Origin: Minisyncoccia bacterium
Lineage (GTDB): Bacteria; Patescibacteriota; Minisyncoccia; Phycocordibacterales; DATDWN01
Direction of reading: 5' to 3'
NCBI GenBank assembly: GCA_049297675.1
Contig: JBAQUS010000004.1
Span: 13,188 to 77,187 of the forward strand
Length of the DNA: 64,000 nucleotides
Below are positions 45,491 through 53,640 of the stretch, in pieces. A program made the translations under genes and the position numbers. The notes under the pieces were generated by a model. The model saw nothing but the letters and a program-made list of their open reading frames with translations. It was not told the origin of the DNA and searched no databases. Position 1 is the stretch's first letter, and each line of letters begins with the position of its first letter.

Positions 45491-46277
45491 CTGTCAAACA
45501 TCCGATGTTTGACAGTAAGTTAGGGGTAGATTATTACCGAAAATGTTAAAACTTTTTATACTTCAAAAGTTTTGGTGTCAGCTTTTACCCCGCTATTTTT
45601 TACAAATTTATAATATTCATATTTATCCTCAAATTGGTCTAATACTACTTCCCTTTTTAATATTTCCTTCCAACGATTTTCTGTAACGTAATCCTGATAG
45701 CTAGACCACTCATATTTTTCTGGATTATTACTCCAATGTGAAAGCTCTTTTGGATTTAAATGAACATACGCAGATAAATGTAGTAGTTGTTCATTACTTT
45801 CAACATGAACTGCTTTATACGGACCTTCAAAAAGATGCCCCGAAATTTTATATTTAGTATTGAAGTATTTTGTATACGAGTTAAGTACACGTTGCATATA
45901 TTTCCCAGTTCCACCTTCTTCATTTTCACGAACTATTAGATGAAAATGGTTAGTCATCATCGCAAAAGAAACTAGGTCAACGTATCTTTTCGAAATTATC
46001 TTTTCGTAATCATCACTGTTAATGTCAAACATCCGATGTTTGACATAATTCGAGATCATTCTTGAAACTTGAGGAAAAATAACATTTGCTTGAAAGTATA
46101 AAATGAGAAATAAAAATCTAATTCTATCTCTATCATCCTTGAAGATGATTTTCTTCCCAACTCCCCGATTATATATATGATAGTGTTCCCCAATTTCAAT
46201 ATTATCTCTTCTCATAACCTCTCATCCTACATGGACAACTATCCATCTGTCAAACATCGGATGTTTGACAGATGGAT
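45491..46277 (-). mobile_element. RAYT/IS200-like unit 1: Y1 gene bracketed by copies of the palindrome tgtcaaacatc-N-gatgtttgaca
   Basis: Palindromes at 45491-45515 (12+c+12), 46022-46046 (inside the CDS) and 46241-46277 (18+g+18). The centre base is complemented in the third copy. Confidence 0.6.
45556..46215 (-). CDS. HUH/Y1 tyrosine transposase-like protein (REP-associated, IS200-like domain)
   Basis: HYHIYNRGVGK, HUH motif TNHFHLIV and the catalytic-Tyr region LSAYVHLNP. Confidence 0.75.
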   Translation of the reverse strand: MRRDNIEIGEHYHIYNRGVGKKIIFKDDRDRIRFLFLILYFQANVIFPQVSRMISNYVKHRMFDINSDDYEKIISKRYVDLVSFAMMTNHFHLIVRENEEGGTGKYMQRVLNSYTKYFNTKYKISGHLFEGPYKAVHVESNEQLLHLSAYVHLNPKELSHWSNNPEKYEWSSYQDYVTENRWKEILKREVVLDQFEDKYEYYKFVKNSGVKADTKTFEV

Positions 46278-46367
46278 AAGATCGATTATTAGAAAGGCTT
46301 GTGATTTTTTTAAAATCGATCTTGTTGCAAATAACGGCTTAATGGTGGGGGTTTTTTGACGACACCC

Positions 46368-46401
46368 TTGACTTGACTTTTGGATTTAATTGTGATAGAA
46401 T
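46368..46401 (+). promoter_or_regulatory. Consensus sigma70-type promoter of the GC-rich cassette
   Basis: TTGACTTGACT (overlapping -35 boxes), then a 17-nt spacer, then TAGAAT (46396-46401) preceded by tgtga. Confidence 0.5.
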
Positions 46402-46499
46402 GGTGAGCAGAACGGGAGCGGCAATTCTTGCCCCTTTCGTCGCTCCTTGACACTCTAGTTTTTAGTTTACAAGCGCTTAAATGCGCAGAAGAGGTTAGC

Positions 46500-48038
46500 A
46501 TGTTTTACACTATCGCAATTTCCGTTCTCGTTGCAGTGACAATCTCGGTCCTGATCGTCGTCGGTTGGCTTATCTTCCGTGTCGTACAGACACGGAGGAG
46601 GACACCAGTCATTCATGATTGGGCGCGGAGGGATGATAGTCGCGAGACGACACCCTCCCCGACTCCTACCACGACATCCGGAATTGATGTCGACCTCACA
46701 CTGAATCCTCCCCGCCATACTCCGAAAGGAAATAGCGGAAGAGAACCCGAACCGTTGCCTCCATGTAAATGGAAAAAAGGCACGTTTCGTATCATCTACT
46801 GGGCGGTAATAATTCCGCTCGGAATGATATCTGTCTTCGTTCTGGAGTGGGGTATCCTATCGGGTCTGCCACTCACGTGGAATACCCTGTTGGAATTCAA
46901 CGCAACTTCAGTTGGGCTGACCCTTGTTGTTCTCTGGGTAGCCTACTTCTTGGACACATTCAAGATCGTCAAGTTCAATGAACTCGGCGGTCGTGTGGTA
47001 CTTGGTAGTTTCGAGTCCTACTCTGACGGGATAACTCTCGCACCGAGATGGATTACCGATCTGGTCAAGGTAACGAGAGCAACTGAAGAACTTGATCAAC
47101 CTCACAGTGACCCGTCAAAAATTTTCTGGGGAGACCTAAGCAAACTTCCAGACGGGAAAATCCCGGACGGTATGGTACTACCAATTCGTGTGCCATTCCT
47201 CCAGAGGTCAAGCGATGAAGACTTCGAAGTTCGCTGGCCACTTGAAACAGGAGAGGTCAAAACCAGAATTACAAAGGGCTATGACCTTCTTAGTGCAACG
47301 GATGCTCCTGTCGAGTATTCGATCGGAATCAGATTCATCGACATCCAACGTGTTATCGTTCGACTCAGGTCACTCAAAGCAGCCTACGACTTGGCAACAG
47401 ACTATGCAGAGACGCTCATAACGGGCACTTTGCAGAAAATGTCCGCTGCCGAAGCCCAAGTACTGAAACAGGAAATTTCAGTACATCTTGAGGAACAGAC
47501 GGACAACCGTGTTTTCCAATCGTACGGCTTCGTGATCGACTTCGTGACTTTGAAGTCAATCGGGACTTCGCACACAATCGCGGAATCGCGAGCGCAGGCG
47601 GCAGCAGCTGTCAACCTTGCGAATAAAACGGTTAGAGACGCAAAAGCTACAGCTAAGGCAACCGAACTTCAAGGTGCTTCTGTGGCTGGAGCTGAATTGG
47701 CACTACTCAACGCGAGGTCAGTAGGACTACGCAACATCGTCGACGCTGCGACTTCACGGTCAGGGGGAGTTGAACTCGCCAAAGCTATGGAAGCGGCACG
47801 CGCTATTCAGTTTGGCGCAGATTCGACAGTTGTTGTCCCAGGTGGAAACACTGGGGACGGTCTCGGACTCTTTGGCGCAGCGGTCGGTACAGCAATTAGT
47901 GCTTCGGCCGCACTTGGGAGAAAACCAGCTGGTGAAAAAGCTCTAACAGAGACCCAACCAGCACAACCAACAACTACTACAACACCCCCTGCACGTGGCG
48001 ACAGACGTGGCCATAAGAAAGGGGGTAAGAGGAGTTAG
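46500..48038 (+). CDS. Multi-TM SPFH/band-7 (prohibitin/HflK-like) domain protein with Ala-rich coiled C-terminus and basic P/T tail
   Basis: Start set at MFYTIAIS (GAGG 5 nt upstream). FKIVKFNELGGRVVLGSF ... YSIGIRFIDIQRVI ... YGFVIDFVTLKSIGTSHTIAESRAQAAAA fits the SPFH pattern. The DNA is GC-rich. Confidence 0.6.
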   Translation: MFYTIAISVLVAVTISVLIVVGWLIFRVVQTRRRTPVIHDWARRDDSRETTPSPTPTTTSGIDVDLTLNPPRHTPKGNSGREPEPLPPCKWKKGTFRIIYWAVIIPLGMISVFVLEWGILSGLPLTWNTLLEFNATSVGLTLVVLWVAYFLDTFKIVKFNELGGRVVLGSFESYSDGITLAPRWITDLVKVTRATEELDQPHSDPSKIFWGDLSKLPDGKIPDGMVLPIRVPFLQRSSDEDFEVRWPLETGEVKTRITKGYDLLSATDAPVEYSIGIRFIDIQRVIVRLRSLKAAYDLATDYAETLITGTLQKMSAAEAQVLKQEISVHLEEQTDNRVFQSYGFVIDFVTLKSIGTSHTIAESRAQAAAAVNLANKTVRDAKATAKATELQGASVAGAELALLNARSVGLRNIVDAATSRSGGVELAKAMEAARAIQFGADSTVVVPGGNTGDGLGLFGAAVGTAISASAALGRKPAGEKALTETQPAQPTTTTTPPARGDRRGHKKGGKRS

Positions 48039-48040
48039 TC

Positions 48041-49396
48041 ATGCCTATCGTCGCAATCGTTATCGTACTCCTCTTTCTCGTCTTCGGACGAAGGAAAGGA
48101 AACGATAGCAAATACATTCGAGAGTCAGAGGTCGTTGATACCAAGCCAAATGGTAAAACAGAGACGGAAAAACACACTCTGTGGTGGCACGTCGGCCACT
48201 ACAAACTCGTGTGGCTACAGCACTGGAGGAGGTCAACAACCCTCCGTGTCTCCGCCGGACTGCTTGCTTTCGGGCTGGGAGTCTGGATCTTCCCTCTAAC
48301 GAGGGAATGGTGGAGTTCGCAGTGGGTTAGCTTCGGCCTTTACCTAATTGCCGCTCTGGCCATTATCTGCCTTGGGTTCATGTTGGGCCCGGCGCAGAAA
48401 GTGCCGTTCGAGTACAGGCTCCGGCCTTTATTGCTCATCATTGGAATTGCGATCGCAGTCTACGGACTCGGTGCGAACACCAAGTTCGGTCAGAGCACCT
48501 GGTCGTGGATCGCCTCTCACTTCGGGAGAACAGATGGAAACATCGGTCTAACTCCAGAGGAGACAGCTGACCTACCGGACGGGTTCGTCGAGAGCGACAA
48601 TCCGAACCACTGGTCAAACCACGTCACCGATGAAAATCGTGATGTGGTCAACATGGTCCGGGCTGCCGTCCAGAGCGAACTTGTCCCAACCCATTGGGAC
48701 CTCGCCATGCAGATCTGCGGTATGGAATCGGCATGGTTTCGTCAGTTCGATGAGGACGGTAATGTTCTCAGAAACGTCAAAAACAATGACGGGTCAATCG
48801 ACTACGGAGTCTGTCAGATCAACTCCATATGGATGAAAAAGTCCAAGGAGTTGGGAGATGGTTTCCGGATCGACGGGCCGGCTGACGAAAACATTCGAAT
48901 GGCCATGTGGATCTGGACGAATCCAGAAACACGTGGGCCACGCGAGTGGACCGGTACGTACAACACAGCTCTTGCTGTTGTCCGCAATGCGCGGACAACG
49001 CCAGAGACTGTGAACGCACGTCGAACTCCAGAGAGGTCACCGGCTGAACAGGAGACTGTTCAGGCTGGGATCGCACTGGTCTCACAAACTGAGCCAATTC
49101 ACCAGCAACGCAACCCACAAAGAGAGGTGTCTGTCACAGCCATGTTTCCAGGATGGGTCACCGACAAGTCCTCCATGACCTGCGACCTCGAAGAGGACGC
49201 AGAAATCGAGGCGGTCGGTGAGCCTGGAATATTTTACTGGAGTGACACAAACTTCAGTACGAACATCCTAAAGCCTGGAGAAACTGCTTCACTTGCTGGA
49301 TTCAAATGCGTTGCAGTCAGATACTTTTCCCCAACGTTTGGGGGAAAACTGACTGAGGGTCAGAGCCCTTACGCAATCGTGAGACGATACAAATAA
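48041..49396 (+). CDS. Membrane-anchored lytic transglycosylase (SLT domain) with a C-terminal domain of unknown function
   Basis: Four to five N-terminal TMs. ICGMESAWFRQFDEDGNV ... DYGVCQINSIW contains the SLT catalytic E-S and the Q-I-N motif. AGAGGAG SD. The ATG lies 2 nt after the upstream stop. Confidence 0.7.
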   Translation: MPIVAIVIVLLFLVFGRRKGNDSKYIRESEVVDTKPNGKTETEKHTLWWHVGHYKLVWLQHWRRSTTLRVSAGLLAFGLGVWIFPLTREWWSSQWVSFGLYLIAALAIICLGFMLGPAQKVPFEYRLRPLLLIIGIAIAVYGLGANTKFGQSTWSWIASHFGRTDGNIGLTPEETADLPDGFVESDNPNHWSNHVTDENRDVVNMVRAAVQSELVPTHWDLAMQICGMESAWFRQFDEDGNVLRNVKNNDGSIDYGVCQINSIWMKKSKELGDGFRIDGPADENIRMAMWIWTNPETRGPREWTGTYNTALAVVRNARTTPETVNARRTPERSPAEQETVQAGIALVSQTEPIHQQRNPQREVSVTAMFPGWVTDKSSMTCDLEEDAEIEAVGEPGIFYWSDTNFSTNILKPGETASLAGFKCVAVRYFSPTFGGKLTEGQSPYAIVRRYK

Positions 49397-49430
49397 ACTA
49401 GAGTTAGAGAGGAGTACACATGTTCGCATG

Positions 49431-49466
49431 AGGCCGTTACCCGATAAGGGAACGGCCTCTTTTTAT
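49431..49466 (+). terminator. Rho-independent terminator of the GC-rich cassette
   Basis: aggccgtt...aacggcct stem followed by ctttttat. Confidence 0.6.
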
Positions 49467-49492
49467 GCATGATGATATATAAAATTTCTCTA

Positions 49493-49525
49493 CAGAAAAC
49501 CGCTCAAGTTGTGAGCGGTTTTCTG
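49493..49525. terminator. Bidirectional 14-bp hairpin cagaaaaccgctca-agttg-tgagcggttttctg
   Basis: Perfect arms, verified. It lies between the convergent cassette and the pilin operon. Confidence 0.6.
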
Positions 49526-49536
49526 TGACTAACTTG

Positions 49537-49827
49537 TTAATAGTTTCGTATTATAGCGTTGACTGCTGCGTTATTAGGTGCCACCCCGAAAGTGTTAAGG
49601 ACGAAGTGAACCAACCCATAAACCGAAAACATTATGACCATTCCCACTATTCCCCAGACCATGGAATCTCTGGACTCCTTTCTGGTATTTCCTTTATCGT
49701 CTGCATCAGAAGATAAAAACTTGATGGCCCCCCATACAAAGTACAGAAAGGCTATAGCAAACATGAGGAAAATCAATGGATTCAGTATAACGTTTGCTAC
49801 ATTACGTAGAAAAGGAACAATAGTCAT
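49537..49827 (-). CDS. VirB2/TrbC-like mini-pilin paralogue a (no signal peptide; possibly truncated)
   Basis: Core YFVWGAIKFLSSDADDKGNTRKESRDSMVWGIVGMV (TM-loop-TM). It lacks the leader present in the other six copies. Confidence 0.5.
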   Translation of the reverse strand: MTIVPFLRNVANVILNPLIFLMFAIAFLYFVWGAIKFLSSDADDKGNTRKESRDSMVWGIVGMVIMFSVYGLVHFVLNTFGVAPNNAAVNAIIRNY

Positions 49828-49852
49828 GTACTAGTTTCGTTAACTAGACTGA

Positions 49853-50206
49853 TTACAGACCTGTAACTGTTGGAACTGTACCAGTTGTGATGTTTTGAAC
49901 ACCAAATGTAGATTGTAACCATGCAACCAATCCGTAGATTGAGATCATGACTGCTATTGCAATCACACCCCAAATCATCTGGTTTCTACCTGCCTCCTGT
50001 GCCTTAGGATCCCCAGCTGAACGTAGGAATGTAACCAAGCCCCAGAAGAAGAACACTATCGCTAGACCGAAAACTATAGGGATAAGTGTTCTAACTGTTG
50101 TTGCAATGAAAGTAAGAAGTGCTTGCAAACCTGTTAAGTTTGGAGTCTGGGCGAAAGCCAAGACTGGAGCAAGAAAAGATCCTACTGAAATGACAATTTT
50201 TTTCAT
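49853..50206 (-). CDS. VirB2/TrbC-like mini-pilin paralogue b
   Basis: Leader ...PVLAFAQ. Core FFFWGLVTFLRSAGDPKAQEAGRNQMIWGVIAIAVM. Confidence 0.6.
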   Translation of the reverse strand: MKKIVISVGSFLAPVLAFAQTPNLTGLQALLTFIATTVRTLIPIVFGLAIVFFFWGLVTFLRSAGDPKAQEAGRNQMIWGVIAIAVMISIYGLVAWLQSTFGVQNITTGTVPTVTGL

Positions 50207-50311
50207 TTTTTTGTTAATATTACGATTAATAATGCTATTATAGTACTTTTTAAAAATAATGCAAGTCCTCGGTCAAATAGACTCTGTGGATTAGTTTACT
50301 TCCAGTTATAC

Positions 50312-50689
50312 TTAGTTTGGACTAAAACATGTTTCAAAGTTAGTACAAGACTCAATACTAAAGACATTTCCAAGAAATGCCACTATTCCAAATAATGATA
50401 GAATGATGAACATGCCTATAATACCCCATAACATCCTTTGTTTTCCTTCCTCACGGGATTTAGAATCACCAGAATTTAGTACAAATTGTGCCACACCCCA
50501 TATAAAGAAAAGCAAAGCAACACTGCCTAGGATTGGTACTAATATATCAACTAAATCCTTAAATTCCTGAGCAAAAGTCTGAATAGTTTGAGCCGAAAGA
50601 ATGGTTGGAAAAATAGACCAAGACAAAGACACTACAAAAAATATTCTGCTGGTGTAACCATGAGAAAATATAAATTTTCTTACCATCAA
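50312..50689 (-). CDS. VirB2/TrbC-like mini-pilin paralogue c
   Basis: Leader ...ILSAQ. Core FFIWGVAQFVLNSGDSKSREEGKQRMLWGIIGMF. The C-tail has a Cys pair. Confidence 0.6.
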   Translation of the reverse strand: MMVRKFIFSHGYTSRIFFVVSLSWSIFPTILSAQTIQTFAQEFKDLVDILVPILGSVALLFFIWGVAQFVLNSGDSKSREEGKQRMLWGIIGMFIILSLFGIVAFLGNVFSIESCTNFETCFSPN

Positions 50690-50711
50690 AATAGTTAATG
50701 TTACAAAATTA

Positions 50712-51071
50712 TTATAAAGAAGTACAGATCATTGACCCGATTGGACACCCTGTTTGTGGTATCCCTAGAGCAGTATTTATAAATGCCACTATTCCGAATA
50801 TAGACATTATTACGAACATACCAACTACACCCCATATCATCCTTTGTTTTCCCTCTTCTCTCAGTTTGGTATCGCCAGCATTTAGAATAAATGTAGCTAC
50901 ACCCCACATAAAGAACATAAAAGCCAAACCGAAGACGATGGGTATAAGAAGTCGAACTATATTTCCGAATTCAGTCACTAGTGTTCTTACCACGGCTAGA
51001 CTCTGGGCAAAAATAAAAACAGGAAATAAAAGTTGTGGTGCATAAATTAAAAATTTTAGATTTTTCTTCAT
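50712..51071 (-). CDS. VirB2/TrbC-like mini-pilin paralogue d
   Basis: Leader ...FIFAQ. Core FFMWGVATFILNAGDTKLREEGKQRMIWGVVGMF. The C-tail has a Cys pair. Closest to paralogue c at the DNA level. Confidence 0.6.
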   Translation of the reverse strand: MKKNLKFLIYAPQLLFPVFIFAQSLAVVRTLVTEFGNIVRLLIPIVFGLAFMFFMWGVATFILNAGDTKLREEGKQRMIWGVVGMFVIMSIFGIVAFINTALGIPQTGCPIGSMICTSL

Positions 51072-51140
51072 ATTTTTTATTTATTTCTATTTATTACTAT
51101 CAGTTATGCATTATAATACATACAACACAAAAGTACAAGG

Positions 51141-51524
51141 CTAAAATCTAATGAAAACAAAGGCAGGATCAGCATCAGTAGAGCCATTCAACCCTACAGC
51201 GTTTATAACAACACCAATGATTGCTCTTACAGATAGTAGGACAAATAAAGCAATTGTTCCCCAAAGCATATATTTTCTTCCATTTTCTATTTCCGTTTTA
51301 TTTCCAGATCGAATAAAAAATTTAGAAAGACCCCAAATAAATACTAAAACAGCTAAAGAAAGAAAGGCTGGCAGGATTGTGTTGTAAATAAGTTCTCCTG
51401 TGGTGAAGGCGGCATCTCCAAATGTGCCACCCGGAGGTATAAGTTGGGCATAAGCAATAATCGGAAAAACACTGACAACAAGGTTTGAAATGAACCTGTA
51501 GTGCTTTAAAAAAAAAGTTTTCAT
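51141..51524 (-). CDS. VirB2/TrbC-like mini-pilin paralogue e
   Basis: Leader ...IIAYAQ. Core VFIWGLSKFFIRSGNKTEIENGRKYMLWGTIALF. Confidence 0.55.
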   Translation of the reverse strand: MKTFFLKHYRFISNLVVSVFPIIAYAQLIPPGGTFGDAAFTTGELIYNTILPAFLSLAVLVFIWGLSKFFIRSGNKTEIENGRKYMLWGTIALFVLLSVRAIIGVVINAVGLNGSTDADPAFVFIRF

Positions 51525-51536
51525 TATTGATAAATT

Positions 51537-51899
51537 TTAACCAACAGTGATTAGTTGACTAACCGTATTTCTAACCAGCTCTGATATGGCCACAGCTCCG
51601 AGGAGAATTCCTCCGCCTATGAGAGCCCAGAGAAGTCTCTGTTTTGCCTCGCCAAGTTTTTTCTCATTACCTTGGGCAGTTACAAAAGTAAAGCCTGCAT
51701 AAATAATGTACATTACAACCACCACGGCTCCTATAGGCAAAACCACGTTGTTAAGGAGTGCAGTTAAAATATCAATGAGATTGCTTCCTGCTTTGGTGGC
51801 CGGATTGGTAATGGTAATATTTTGAGCGAACAAAACTACTGGCAAAATAATATTAGCGAGTATCAGAAGAATTTTTGTGTATTTTTTATATATTTTCAT
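51537..51899 (-). CDS. VirB2/TrbC-like mini-pilin paralogue f
   Basis: Leader ...VVLFAQ. Core IYAGFTFVTAQGNEKKLGEAKQRLLWALIGGG. Confidence 0.55.
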   Translation of the reverse strand: MKIYKKYTKILLILANIILPVVLFAQNITITNPATKAGSNLIDILTALLNNVVLPIGAVVVVMYIIYAGFTFVTAQGNEKKLGEAKQRLLWALIGGGILLGAVAISELVRNTVSQLITVG

Positions 51900-51903
51900 A
51901 TTA

Positions 51904-52314
51904 TTAACCTAGAAAAGTTGGAATATTATCATCTAATAATGCTGTGGTGATAAGTCTAACTAACACCCAGGCGATTATTATAATAGCAATACCCTGTACA
52001 ACTTTAAGAAGCATACCCGCGGCTTTTGCCCGCTCCGAAGCACTCTCTCCACCCATCATAAACCTAAAGCCAGCCCAAGCGATAACTATAACAGAAAAAC
52101 CTAGGGCAAACTTAGTTCCTTCGTTTGTCACTCGTCTTACGGCTCTTATCAGGTCATCAAATGTACACTCTCCTGCTATCCCACCAACTCCGGGACACTC
52201 GTAAACAAACTGGGCATGGCTTACTAGTGGTGTAAAAAGAAAAAGAAAAACAAGAAACAGGAGAATTTTTGATGCCAAATTATTTAAAAATGTACTTCTC
52301 ATTTTGTTAAACAT
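51904..52314 (-). CDS. VirB2/TrbC-like mini-pilin paralogue g (most divergent)
   Basis: Leader ...LVSHAQ. The mature N-terminus has CPGVGGIAGEC. Core IAWAGFRFMMGGESASERAKAAGMLLKVVQGIAII. Its start overlaps the stop of the upstream gene. Confidence 0.5.
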   Translation of the reverse strand: MFNKMRSTFLNNLASKILLFLVFLFLFTPLVSHAQFVYECPGVGGIAGECTFDDLIRAVRRVTNEGTKFALGFSVIVIAWAGFRFMMGGESASERAKAAGMLLKVVQGIAIIIIAWVLVRLITTALLDDNIPTFLG

Positions 52315-53603
52315 TATGATTTGATTAGAGCAGTCAGTTCTGTTTCCGCTCTGTTTAAGGCATCAGATGCTCTAGACCTTCCACTAGTTATGCTCTCAAT
52401 CATATCACGAAACAGATTTGAAGTTGCCTGTGGTTCAGGATCAATCCACGACCTGGAGATTAAGGCAGAATCATAGAATACTTGCATGTGAGCCTCTGGA
52501 GGCTTCACAGAAAGCATGTCTCTTCTTACAGGAGGTAGGTTTGTAATGCCACCTATTCCCTTTATAGCTTCGACCTCTGTCAGAGCGTTTAGGGCTATAA
52601 AGGAGGCCTGGATATTTTTGGATTGCTTTACAATGGATATACCGTAGAGATGTCCGAAAACTACTTTCTTTTTGCTATCTCTTATTTGTGGAACCGAAGT
52701 GACACCGTAATTTAGATTTGGATTTTTTTGTTGAATACCAACTAGCTCACTAGCAAAACCAAAATAAATAGCCAAATTTCCGGAGAGAAAGAAGTTGGAT
52801 GAAGATGGAAGGGACCTATTCCAGGAATATGAGACAAGGTTTGGATTAGAAAATTGGATGTAAAAATCTGTTGCTGACTGGCTCGGAGTCCTAGGATATC
52901 CGAACTGAAGGTTAAGCACTGTATCAAGCCCATTTTCCTCCCTCTGTATTATTGGTGTTCCAGCTTGGAGCATGAGCATTATGAGTAACTCCTTGGCACT
53001 TGTGATATTTCTCCATTCACCGAAAGCTATAGTTGATTGAGAAATATTGGCCTGACCGTCTTTTTTGGTGATCTTTGGAACCAAGTCTGGAATCTCGTCC
53101 CAGTATTTAGGAGGGGACGCAATAAAGTTGCTGGAGAATAAGTCTCTATTCCAATACATAACCATGGGATCAATAATGAATGGCAAAGCTAATATGCCTT
53201 CTGGAGTAAGAAACAATTCCCCTTCTTCTATAAACCTGTCCTTGAAATCCCTCTCTGGATAAAATTCCGATGGTATTGGATAAAGTTTATTTCTATTTTT
53301 GTAAACCAAATCCTCTCTAAGAATAACTATGTCTGGCCCTCTACCTTCTGCCAGAGCCTCGACAAAGTCTCTATCAAAATCTGATGGGTCCTTTCTGACA
53401 TACATCACTCTTATGTTTTTATTTCCAGAAAGTGACGAAGCTATATAAGCATTTGTAAATGCATCGTCCGAAATAGTTCCCCATGCGACTAGACCAGCAG
53501 ATACATTTGCTGTACCGGTATTTTTACTCAAGGCAAAAACCATAATACCTGCAACTATGGCCACAGAGAAGACGGCTATGACAGCTATTTTAAACGTACT
53601 CAT
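52314..53603 (-). CDS. Membrane-anchored extracellular solute-binding-fold protein (orphan; no permease or ATPase nearby)
   Basis: N-terminal TM, then ...PDIVILREDL...ALPFIIDPMVMYWNRDLF...PPKYWDEIPDL..., an SBP family-1-like pattern. Confidence 0.55.
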   Translation of the reverse strand: MSTFKIAVIAVFSVAIVAGIMVFALSKNTGTANVSAGLVAWGTISDDAFTNAYIASSLSGNKNIRVMYVRKDPSDFDRDFVEALAEGRGPDIVILREDLVYKNRNKLYPIPSEFYPERDFKDRFIEEGELFLTPEGILALPFIIDPMVMYWNRDLFSSNFIASPPKYWDEIPDLVPKITKKDGQANISQSTIAFGEWRNITSAKELLIMLMLQAGTPIIQREENGLDTVLNLQFGYPRTPSQSATDFYIQFSNPNLVSYSWNRSLPSSSNFFLSGNLAIYFGFASELVGIQQKNPNLNYGVTSVPQIRDSKKKVVFGHLYGISIVKQSKNIQASFIALNALTEVEAIKGIGGITNLPPVRRDMLSVKPPEAHMQVFYDSALISRSWIDPEPQATSNLFRDMIESITSGRSRASDALNRAETELTALIKS

Positions 53604-53640
53604 ATTCGCTGATTATAACAAGAAATCATTTTTTCTAAAA

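Noticed and set aside
46467-49118. Numerous 60-99-aa ORFs on both strands inside the SPFH/transglycosylase genes (for example 46467-46718, 46613-46795, 47402-47614, 48819-49118).
   Set aside because: They overlap two long ORFs that have recognisable domains. High G+C depletes stop codons in the other reading frames. They have no SD or start context of their own.
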